This document shows positions 39,101-49,976 of a stretch of DNA of 64,000 bases, piece after piece (the first letter of the stretch is position 1; the number at the start of each line of letters is the position of its first letter). The notes below the pieces were generated by a model. The model was not told the origin of the DNA and searched no databases. It saw only the letters and a program-made list of their open reading frames with translations. The position numbers and the translations under genes were made by a program. The DNA is from Podarcis bocagei (lineage: Eukaryota), in the NCBI GenBank assembly GCA_964188305.1, contig OZ076887.1; one strand, written 5' to 3'.

Positions 39101-41649
39101 CCCAGGCAACCCAATGAGACTTATTTCTGAGTGATATAGATAGGATTGCACTGTAAGCTACTAATAATATAACTGCACAAGAATGTTGTGCCAAACTCAG
39201 ACTCCAATTGGCCTTTGTGTTGAAGGCAGAATTTAATTCCTCCTCTCCCTCTTTCCCCAATTAACCAGACAAAAGTGCTAGGAAGTTATCTGAAAAGGGC
39301 TGTGTCCATCCCACCCTCGCTAGACTACTCTCAAACAATTTGACCAGGACATAGATTTAAATTCCTCCCACTGGAATCAACAGAATTTGAAAGTGTTCAA
39401 TTTCTGACTAGATCACTAGGGCATCACTATTGTGTGCTTGAGTTTCTGCAAGATACTGCATAAAGGATGGAAGTCTTGCAAGCCAACATCTATAATCCTG
39501 GTGAGTTGGGAAAGGCAAGTTGATTCCTGTACAGTTTCAACTCATCCTTTGACAGCATGACAAATATGAACCGGCCCTTCCCAGCTGACCAGCATTTTAT
39601 ATGTTGGACTGTAAAACTTCCTTCTTGTTTAGGAGTTCAACCTATGCATCAACTGAACGCACTGGGATTTACTTCTGGGAAAGCATACACAAGCATTTGG
39701 CTATTATTTCCTCTGGATAAAATAGTAACTATGTTGATCTGCTATATTAGTAACCACGCAAACAGTCAGCAGGGATCTTTGCCAGTCTCATGTCTGGGAG
39801 CTGTTCAACAAGGGGGGCAGAAGCGAAGGAAACATTCTTATCACATGCTGAATGCCACAAAAGTCAAGTTGACCAAAGAGACAGAAGAGTGAAAAGGCTG
39901 CCTGTTTGAGGTAACTGGTTTTCCCTCTGCTAATGTCTGCCACTCAGCACTAGAAGGAGACATGGAAGCAACCGTCTGCATGTGTAACTGATACAGGGAC
40001 ACATCTGGATGTAGCTTTCCATACATTGTGATGCTTATTTGGAACCCATTCATAGGTGCAACCCCCTCCCCACCAATTGCTGCACGTACACAACATCCTG
40101 CTCAGCCCTAGAGTTGGATCGGGGCCTTTGGGCATTGTTGCAGCTCAGCCATTCAACATGGGGAAAAAATTGTCATGACAATGCAATATATAAACCACAC
40201 ACCATGCACAATAAATTATCCTCCAAGTATCGTGTCACCATGCTCCCTTAAGATGTTCCTTTGACTATTGTTTATTATTATGGAATGGAACATCTTCATG
40301 CTCACTAAAGCTCAGTATCAGGGCAAAATGAGTGTTGTTTGGGAACTTTTTTGAAAGCTCTGAATGCTCAGTAGGACCCTGACTCATGACTGCCCCCCCT
40401 TTCCCATTTATATGATTGACAATTAAATGGTGGGGGGTTAAAACATAAACCTGTTGGGCTCCACTTTTTGCTCTTCTTAGCCATCCCTTCCAGGCACTAC
40501 TTTTGTTCGGTTTTTAAAAAACCCACAGAAATCCTACATGCAGTTCTCTTGTGCCATTTAATAATTGATTTGGGGATATCACGATTTTTTGTTCTTGTAC
40601 ATTTATGAGGATATAGCTCCCTAAAGTTTAGCAAGAGGGCAGCAACTCAAAAAGAAGCCACTTTAGAACTTTTGATTGATGCTTCCCTACAGAAGGCTTT
40701 GTTCTGCCAACAGGTGCTTAGCAGAATCTCATCTGACCTGGCAGTTAATGAGACCTCTCCTAGCTTCTTCCTATGCTTCCTCCAGGTATGGACTGCCAGT
40801 TCTGGTGCTCATTTCAGCAGTGATTCAGGATGAGGCCGCATCGTTTCAGCATTTTGTACTTTGATGACGCCTCCCAGTCACAGAGTTCAAGAAAGTGCTT
40901 TTTTTAAAAAACACTAATGAACTACTCACTGCAACACATGGAAATGCAAGAGCCTTTTTTTTTTGCCCTATAAAATGTGGAATAGAGAAAAGTAGTTAAG
41001 ATTAAGAACTGCATTTTTTAAAAAAAATACATTTCCTGGGTTAGCCACTCGCAAATCCACAGCTTGTTAGTAGCAGTTTCCATCAATTCTCTTATGAGAT
41101 CTGGTGGCATTGCTGATGTTTATGACCACTCCTTTTTGCATCAGAAGTTACATTCCATGCCCAAGATCCTAGTGAATCTTAAGACACCATATTTGACATT
41201 CTAGCACTACTTCTTTACTGCCTTCTGCTACCAATATATGAGCTGGAGGTGTCTCTGAGCATTGCATATCGAAAATGAAAGCCTAATAAGATGAAAGGGT
41301 TGAGCCTGTGGAGCAGCTGGCTGCCTATTCTCTGCAGCAATTCATATTTACTTCTCATGAGCTTCCAAAGCTGTGTGAGATCTAGAAAGTTATGGTGCTG
41401 AATACTATGTTCAGAATAGACAAAATGCTTTGTCTTCTTTTGGCTGGTAGTGCTTTTCAGTGTTGCCCACTGCAAGGGGACAAAATGTAGGCTTTCCAAA
41501 TAGAAAACCAGCAGACAGGAAAATGGAAGGTGGCCAGGCTAAGCAATCGTCGCCTGCAGGAGCTACCAAGGGCCACAGCCTAATGAAATGATTGGAAATG
41601 AGGACATTAATAAAACTCTGCAGAAATGTTCTTATAGGTGAGGTTCCAA

Positions 41650-41980
41650 TAGGGAATGGGGTGAAAGTTAGTTCAGTTTGCATTTTATTGCATGCCCACC
41701 TTAATTCACACTCATTGAAATAATACATGACTAAAATGAAGCTATCGTTTAAAATTCACACTTCTCCAAATTTTGTGATCTTGTGGTCCAACCAGGAAAC
41801 AAACAAAAAATCCAAAATACACACATTTAGAGGAAATAGCTTATAAAAATGCACATTAGTGAAAACAACATTAAAAATGCCTTACAGATGGGGAAATTAT
41901 GTTGCAAAAATGTGTGTCTTGGGCAAGATTGCATATAAGTATACATTAGGAGTTGTGCACACTACAGGCTCATTTTTGTG

Positions 41981-42020
<40 letters not shown>

Positions 42021-42120
42021 GAAACTGATGCAGACATGCGCTGAACCGACTAGAAATATAGACTAGACTAGAAATATAAGAAAATGAGATAAAAGCAAAA
42101 CTGACCAGATCTGTAGCCCA
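41650..42120. mobile_element. Degenerate copy of the same hAT-like family, containing a (CA)n(TA)n run
   Basis: Left end tagggaatggg and shared internal motifs. Boundaries approximate. Confidence 0.5.
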
Positions 42121-42478
42121 ACAGCTCTGCGGCTAAACCTGCTCAATAAATAGATACCTTTCAAAGTTAAATGGTGAGCTCTAATATTGATGCTCAGCAG
42201 TGCTTTTCTTCTAGAAAAAAAGGTGTCAGTACTCACCATGAAGTTGTTACAGTGCTTTTCTTTTAGAAAAAAGAGGTGCAGGTATCGCATACCGTTGAGT
42301 ACCAGGAAAGAAAGCACTGCTGCTCAGTGAGGTTCATAATACAAATATTAGAAGTAACACCTTATCATTGCATTGTAACAAACTATTAGTGTGTATAGAT
42401 TTGAAAGAGCTCCTTAGTCTTTCATACTCTCTGTGAAAGAGCCTTCTCAGATATAAAGCAAAATAAACCCTGTAATAA

Positions 42479-42703
42479 TTACAGGCAGGTAGCCGTGTTG
42501 GTCTGCCATAGTCAAAACAAAATAAAAAAATTCCTTCCAGTAGCACCTTAGAGACCAACTAAGTTTGTTATTGGTATGAGCTTTCATGTGCATGCACACT
42601 TCTTCAGATACACTAAGTGTGCATGCACACAAAAGCTCATACCAATAACAAACTTAGTTGGTCTCTAAGGTGCTACTGGAAGGAATTTTTTTATTTTGTT
42701 TCG
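42479..42703. mobile_element. Penelope-like element remnant: inverted pseudo-LTR pair
   Basis: Arms 42511-42601 and 42615-42705 are reverse complements (88 of 91 match). The sequence gtagcaccttagagaccaactaagtttgtt...ggtatgagctttc is typical of squamate Penelope-like termini. 12-bp direct repeat accctgtaataa at 42467-42478 and 42704-42715. Confidence 0.8.
42574..42611 (-). ncRNA. Minimal type-I hammerhead ribozyme motif (Penelope-associated)
   Basis: Minus-strand RNA GUAU-CUGAAGA-A-GUGUGC-AU-GCACAU-GAAA-GC-UC-AUAC: stem I GUAU/AUAC, CUGANGA and GAAA core boxes, stem II hairpin, palindromic AGCU in place of stem III, and a UC cleavage-site dinucleotide. Confidence 0.7.
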
Positions 42704-43717
42704 ACCCTGTAATAAGTTTAAGAGACAAGAGCAGAGGGAAAAAGAGGAGTTGTGATCCATTGTTCGAAGAGAGTAGCAAAGCCAGCAATATCCCAGGTAT
42801 TAACGTAGGCTTTACTGTGGATTTTGAAAGATGTGGCAGACCTTCCTAAGGCTTACAGTGCAATCCTATGACACATTGACTCAGAAGAAAACTTCACTGA
42901 TCCCAGCCTCACACAGTGTCTTCCCCAACTTTTCCAGATTTGGGTCTTGGGATGAACCTCAAAAGTGTTGATGAGCTGGTACCATATGATGTTGCAATAG
43001 ATCTTTTTCTTTTGGCCACAAGGCTAATAATCCATAGCCACACTGCAGTTCACTGCCTTTAGAAACCAAATTCAACCTGACTAGGATATATGAGCTTACC
43101 AGAAAATTTGTGATGGGTCTTGAGCGTTAAAATCCACCATCGCGGCCCACGTACAAATACCCTGAGGCAACAGCAGCTTTCTCCAAGTAAGAAAGCAACA
43201 CTCGTCCTCCGCAAAAGCACTTATTATATGCATAAGTCTGCCTTTGAAGTAAGTTTACTTAGATTCTTAAACTAAACAGTCAATTCCTATGCACCCAAAC
43301 CCGCTGATTTCAAGCAGTTCAATTTTCTGTTATTAAATGTTATTTCTTTTAAAAACAGTATCTGTACCAAGATTCCTCGTTAACGTGTGTGTCACGAGCC
43401 TTGATTTTTTAAAGCGTCATTGGTCCTTAAAAGAAATTTTCAACTTACACTCCCGTAAGTGCTTAGACCAGGAGGTATCAGCTCAACCCCTCATGTTACA
43501 CCAGTGCAAGTTTGAAAATGCTAATCATTTTTGAGCGTTGAACTTTGGCCATTTAGGTATGTAGGCATGTGTGTAAATTTCATCCAAATCAAGACAGGGT
43601 ATATTGATGGCAATCACTGTGACAGGGCAACCTATTGTGGCAAAGATATCAGAGGTATCCCATCAGCCACCATGCTTTTTACTGTATGCTGCATTTTTCC
43701 TTTTGGTAAATTCTATT

Positions 43718-44068
43718 GGGACGTGGGTGGCGCTGTGGGTTAAAGCACTGAGCCTAGGGCTTACCGATCAGAAGGTCGGCGGTTCGAATCCCTGTGACGG
43801 GGTGAGCTTCCGTTGCTCGGTCCCTGATCCTGCCAACCTAGCAGTTCGAAAGCACATCAAAGCGCAAGTAGATAAATAGGTACTGCTCTGGCAGGAAGGT
43901 AAACAGCATTTCCATGTGCTGCTTTGGTTTGCCAGAAGCGGCTTAGTCATGCTGGTCACATGACCCAGAAGCTCTACTCCGGCTCCCATGGCCAGTAAAG
44001 CGAGATGAGCGCCACAACCCCAGAGTCATCCACGACTGGACCTAATGGTCAGGGGTCCCTTTACCTTT
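43718..44068 (+). mobile_element. Sauria SINE (subfamily B)
   Basis: Full head, core and tail, with an intact B box ggttcgaatcc. Confidence 0.92.
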
Positions 44069-44579
44069 TTATTGTGCTTAATGGGATCTTGGTAGGCTTT
44101 TAAAACTGCACATGGCATCAACAGCTCTCTGGAACCCTGTTCAAATATACCTACATATCACTATGAAGTAGAACTGTATTAGATGTGGTGTGTATAAAAT
44201 GTCACTCCCTTCAACTATTCACCTGTTTCCGGAAATAGATATTTGCCATCATGTGTGTAATAATTTAAACAGGAGACCAGCCCTGTTTCTTGATAACCTG
44301 TTACTGTTGTACTGGGGCAGGATGTTTACTAGATGAAGACAAGAACTATCTAGGCGCAGATGATGGGAGATGGCAAAATCCTTCTGAGCAGAAGAAAAGA
44401 CAGGAACAGCACAAATTGGGTAGCAGCACGGGATGTTTTTATCCCAAGCAAGGAAGGGGCAATGCTGCAGCTAAGTTTGAGTACTCAGAGGGGTCTCCAG
44501 AGGGCAGAAATGCTGCCTTCCCCACCTCTGATCAGAACTTTTGGTGTCATTTATGGAGAACCCCAAAGGACAGAGCGTT

Positions 44580-44765
44580 GGGAAGTGTGGCTGGAGCATC
44601 TATTTGGCATGTGGGAGATTCTAAATTCAGTCCCTGGCAGCTCCAGTAAGGGCTGGGCTGGGAGTGACTCCTGCCTGAAACCCTGGAAAGTCAGTGTAGA
44701 CTGTACTGTGCAAAATGGACCAAATGAACGGTCTGACTCAGTATAAGGAAGAACCCCATGTTCCC
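44580..44765 (+). mobile_element. Squam3-like SINE (degenerate)
   Basis: ctcctgcctgaaaccctgga...agtcagtgtagac...ggtctgactcagtataagg...atgttcc matches my recollection of the squamate Squam3 SINE body. Confidence 0.65.
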
Positions 44766-45885
44766 AGTTTTGTAGCAATGCTTTACAAATTCATCTGTAT
44801 CAAGGTGTACAATTAGCAGAGATGCCACACTTCGCCACAAGCATGGAACGCTACTGCTCATGCAATTGGCACAGGGAAGATGTTGGACATTCAACTCAGA
44901 TTGTTCCCACTATACACTTTACAACTTGTTTTGTTTCCTGGGCTCTGATTCTGTAGCCACTTTGTAATCTGACCTGGAGAGAGGTTTATTTACAAAATCT
45001 GTATACTGGAGAGCAAAAGTGAAACTGACTGAATTTTTTCCCCCTTCCTGGCCAAACTAAACCAACTTAGCAGTTATGGTATGACGGCTGATATATGTGG
45101 CTTGGCATGTGGGAGGAGGTAGTCTCAGAGGAACCAGAAGTGCTGAGAAATCTGAAAAGAAGAGTTGGGTTTTAGTGGCTTCCTTCACCAATTTCAATTG
45201 TTCTGGTTTAGGAATGGCTGTGTTTCTGGCTATTCAGCTCTCTTTCCCCCATAAAAACCAAACAAACCCTACAAGCTGTTTTTGATACAGCTAGCCTTTG
45301 CAATTTCCCCTTTGGTGCACTAGAAAGTTATTGTTGAGATAGCACCAGTCAAGGCACTAAAAAAAGATCTTGGGATTTGTTATCACTTAAACAGGCAAAG
45401 GCAACACAGAGGAGATCATGTTTTGGAAGGAAGCCCTATGAGCTACATTTTTTTAAAAAAACAAAACTTTTAGTTCTTTCCACCTTTGCAACTTACATGC
45501 CATCAAATGAAATGACTGTACAGAACACTATTGTAGTGCTGTTGTTGTGAAAAGTGCATTCAGCTACCCTTGTATTATCAGGCTATGTTCACAACACGAC
45601 AATGATAGCAGTTCAGTTGCAAGCTTCCATTTTCGTCCCCAAAAAATGTTCGGTTAAACAATGTCAATTATAGATTTAAATGTGCGGTGCTGTTTTGTTT
45701 ACCATTTGGTTTGAAACTTTTAAGATCAATTTTATACATATATCGATATCTATCTGTATTTGTTCAGGAAATGCATGTGTGGGGACCCTAACAGAATGTT
45801 CCCATCAGTATTCCTGGCTCCTTGGTTCACGTGAGGACCTAAATTTTGTGACTATGGTTTTTGTTCTACACAAAGGCACGCTTGC

Positions 45886-45891
45886 AATAAA
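45886..45891 (+). promoter_or_regulatory. Candidate distal polyadenylation signal (AATAAA) for a long PGBD5 3' UTR
   Basis: AATAAA preceded by a repeat-poor, U/GU-rich, UTR-like block (about 45500-45880) with TGTA motifs. Earlier AATAAA hexamers also exist (e.g. about 39005, 40210, 41610, 42145), so the actual 3' end is uncertain. Confidence 0.4.
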
Positions 45892-46132
45892 ATTTTTACA
45901 AGTTTTCTACACCATAAGCTAAATTCTGAGTTCCAAAATGTGAAGTGTGGTAACAAAACAACTGAATGGATTTATAGTATCACTCTGATATCTTGTCATG
46001 TGATTTTCCCCTTCCCAATGCAAAGTTTGTTTACAATCAACAACTTTGAAATACAGTCAAATATAGATTATATCTTCTCCTGTCTCATTTTTGCTGGAGG
46101 GAAGGGTGGAGGACATGATTAAACATCTGAAG

Positions 46133-46270
46133 CAGGGATGGGAAACCTCTGGTCCTCCAGATGTTATGGGACTCCAATTCCCAGCATCCCTGACCATTGG
46201 CTATGCTGAATGGGGCTGATAGGAGTTGTAGTCTATAAACATCTGGAAAGCCACAGGTTCCCCAGCCCCA
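46133..46270. mobile_element. Short palindromic hAT MITE
   Basis: CAGGGATGGGAAACCT ... AGGTTCCCCAGCCCCA; TSD atctgaag / atctaaag. Confidence 0.8.
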
Positions 46271-46687
46271 ATCTAAAGAATCCCATCAACCACGAAGAAC
46301 CAACCTGTTCAAAGCTCAAATTTGATACCTGACAGTTTGGATAAACAACTGGTATGTTTCTTGTTACTTGGCCATATTTGTTTTAGCTGACGGGGTTCAG
46401 TATTTTGACAGTATGTGATAATTGCCAGGCAATGGTATTTGATCTTTGAGAACTATTATTGGAAAAACTGGTAGGATTTGAAAATTGTCAGCTTATGGCA
46501 TTTGATCAACAAACAATTTCCAAGCAGTCAGAAGCACTCAAATTTATAACTCAAATTTTGAAGTCAAACATTTTGAAATTATATTAATTTCATTAGCTTA
46601 ATTTTAAATGCCCAGAATTTGGCTTAAGCAGATGTACTGCTTTTTCATAAATTCCATTCTCTCCAGCATGCTGGATTTTTATAGTTA

Positions 46688-46928
46688 CAGTTGTACCTCG
46701 GAAGTTGAATGCCTTGCAACTCAAACGTTTTGGCTCCTGAATGCCGCAAACCCAGAAGTGAGTGTCCTGGTTTGCAAATGTGTTTTGGAACCCAAACGTC
46801 TGACGTGGCTTCCAATTGGCTGCAGGAGCGTCCTGCAGCCAATCGGAAGCCACACCTTCATTTCCGAATGTTTTGGAAGTTGAACGGACTTCCAGAACGG
46901 ATTCCATTTGACTTCCAAGGTACCACTG
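46688..46928. mobile_element. Tc1/mariner-type MITE
   Basis: TIRs CAGTTGTACCTCGGAAGT ... ACTTCCAAGGTACCACTG; TA flanks; internal palindrome attggctgcagga...tcctgcagccaat. Confidence 0.85.
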
Positions 46929-48118
46929 TATTTCTCTTTTTTAAAAGCATACCAAGCATAGACAGGATTTGCAAGCCACAAGACGCAGCAGGCTCAAGTG
47001 GAGCCAGAACTAGGAACCGGTTGCTTGTGCTGCTGTGCTGGGAAGGCAAATTACAATTCCTGATTCATGCTATCCAGCTACAAATATCTGAACACATGGC
47101 TGAAGAGATTGTGTGTCCCTGTCATTGGCGAAGGCACCAGCAGTAACACATTAGATCTGAGAGTTCAGCACAGGAGATTTCACTGGAAGAATGGCCTAGG
47201 ACACACACAACCAATTAGGCAAGCATTATGTGCAATGATTGCAGACACACTGGAATGCATCCAACTGTGGCTTTACATTAGTGCCAAGCACTTCAATTTG
47301 CACAATGCAGTGGTAATTGGCAAAAACTGTTTATCTCATCTTATGCACAGAAGCCACTATTGGGCGCAATCCAGTCTCTTCTGGAACTCAATGAATTCCA
47401 TCTCATACATGATGGCTATAATTATTAGAGCTCACATCTGTTAAGTCACATGTTGTGACATTTGGAATGTAACAGTTTCAGCAGTATAATAATAGTTTTT
47501 GCATTGATACACCACCTTTCCACCAAGGCCCCCAAGGTTTGCAGTACTTACATGCAGGAACAGGGTTACTTTCCTTCTTAAGACAGGGAGCGTGTACACC
47601 TCCTGATATTGTTGGACTCCCAATTTCTATCACCCGCAGTCAGCTCCAGGATGACGAAGGCTGTACATCTAGGGTCACAGGTTACGAACACTTGCTCTGA
47701 GTAGTGCTGAATGGTCCTATTTCTAAAAAGGTTGGTGTTTTTCTGCCTCATTAGGAAATCTTTAGAACTGGGGTGGGTGCAGGGTTTTGATTTTACGTTA
47801 CCACAGCAAGGTGACCATGGACAGGGTGTGTTTTTCTTTCTGGTAAACATTTCACCAGCCCTCTGCAGCCTCCCTGGCTGTCCACGCCATCTGAGGGAAG
47901 GGTGGCTTCCTGGTCTCTTCCGCAGGGCTTTAATTAAAATCTGGGCACCTGGGCAGGCTGCAGAGTGCAGTCCATTTCTAGAATGAAAAGCAAGGACACC
48001 CGCAAAAACCCTTTAGCCACCTCAAAACTATGGTAAGTGCAATCTCACCCCACAACCCCTCTGCACCTGACCCATGAGAATTGCAGAATAAATTTTCTCT
48101 TTGTAAGTTCTGAATGAA

Positions 48119-48446
48119 GGACGTGGGTGGCGCTGTGGGTTAAACCACAGAGCCTAGGGCTTGCCGATCAGAAGGTTGGTGGTTCGAATCCTCAGGACGG
48201 AGTGCGCTCCCGTTGCTCGGTCCCTGCTCCTGCCAACCTAGCAGTTCAAAAGCACGTCAAAGTGCAAGTAGATAAATTGGTACGGCTCCAGCAGGAAGGT
48301 AAACGGCGTTTCCGTGCACTGCTCTGGTTCGCCAGAAGCAGCTAAGACATGCTGGCCACATGACCTGGAAGCGAGATGAGTGCCGCAACCCCAGAGTCGG
48401 TCACGACTGGACCCAATGGTCAGGGGTCCCTTTACCTTTACCTTTT
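48119..48446 (+). mobile_element. Sauria SINE (subfamily B, internal deletion)
   Basis: Head and tail intact; near-TSD aagttctgaatg / aagttttgaatg. Confidence 0.9.
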
Positions 48447-49970
48447 AAAGTTTTGAATGCAATTTGTTTTCTCATTAACTGGTGAAGGGTTTTCATTAAA
48501 GCCCCAGACAATTATCCCCCATGCCACCCTACAGGATAATAAAGCTCTCTAGATTGTAATCTACACTGGAGGGTTTCCCAATCCTCTGAAGCAGATTTGG
48601 GTGATGCAAGAGAGAAGAGGGGGAAGTCCACCAATGCAAGGACACCATTGACTACAACTGTACCTAGCATTTTAATTCCCTGCTTGGACAAAGGAGAGGA
48701 AATTATGGTTTTCAACAGCAAGCATTGATTGTGAAGGGTATACATGTGGCAGAGTTATAGGTAGGGAGGTGAGAATAGGTGAGAACACTGGAAATCTACT
48801 ACTTGGCAGGCCAACTACTGCTCTGCAATCCCTTCACTTTTCCAGATACTTGGTTCTGGATATCGACCCCACCTCCAGGAAATAGCAACAGGCTATTCTA
48901 ACATTTGGTACAAATCATTTCTCAGCTGTGGCATGATGTGAAAGTTGAGGGGAGAGATAAGTTTCCGGAGCCCAAGTTGTCCTGAGCAAAGAAAGGCAAA
49001 CTTTTACACAACTTGAAATCTGTTTCAAAGTTGTGATGAACGTCAGCAGTTGTTACAGATAGTAATATAGTATTACATTGGTAGAAATGGCCAGGAATTG
49101 GAGGAGGTGGAAATAGAATGTTTCTGGTGAGGAAGTCAGCTTCCTCTTCAACCTACATTAGATGCAACAATACTGTCTAGTGGGTATGGTGGAAGCCTTC
49201 TATGTTCAGCAACTCATAAAACAAATCCATGAAATCGAATCCAAAGCACCACAAACCAATTCAAAGCATCCTTGGTGTTTTTCAAACACCCACCGACCAT
49301 GACAAATCTCTAAGGGAGATTCAGAAGCGGTTTCAGATCCCGCGTGAAGGTTTGCTGTTGAAAGTGAAAACCAAAAACCAAATCCAACGGATGCACCTCC
49401 CCGACTGGAATTGCCTCAAGCATTCTTTGGATCTGCAAAATTGGTTTACGAAAACACAGGCCTGGTTTGCACACTCTATTAAGGTACAGCTTATATGAAA
49501 CTTAGGATTCGTGTGAATGAGCAGCATGCTGGTGCAAAAATCCCTGCAGATGTGCCTCCCACACACCTTCCTTCACCGCATGGAAGAAACAAACCAGGAA
49601 CTGGCTTTTTTAAATATGCAGACTCGTGCTTGTAGTTTATTACTTGTGTAACAAAACACAAACATACCACCATGGCTTGTTAGGAGAGAAGCCACCCACA
49701 AGGTTCACATGTAATGGCAATCCAGCCTCTTTTGGTTCACTCCATTCAGGAAAGGGAGCAATGTGGAGGAGTGCTGCACATGTTCACTTTAAAACCATAG
49801 TTGAATTTAATTTATGGTTAAAAACAATGTCCGAACTAAGTCACTGTAAGAATGCTGGCTAGCCAAGGAGATCAAGTGGTCTTAGCTGAAGTTCATGTAT
49901 TCTGGGGCCAGTTCCTGAGTGTACACAAAAACAGAATGGCAGCAAACCTCGCTATCTTATCTATAAAGTA

Positions 49971-49976
49971 TTTATT
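49971..49976 (-). promoter_or_regulatory. Candidate GALNT2 polyadenylation signal (AATAAA on - strand)
   Basis: Plus-strand TTTATT ending a ~2.75 kb AU-rich block with no recognisable repeats after the stop codon. An alternative hexamer lies at 49636-49641. Confidence 0.6.

Noticed and set aside
42334-42849. Two ORFs on opposite strands both starting MVSKVLLEGIFLFCFD
   Set aside because: Artefact of the inverted repeat; non-coding.
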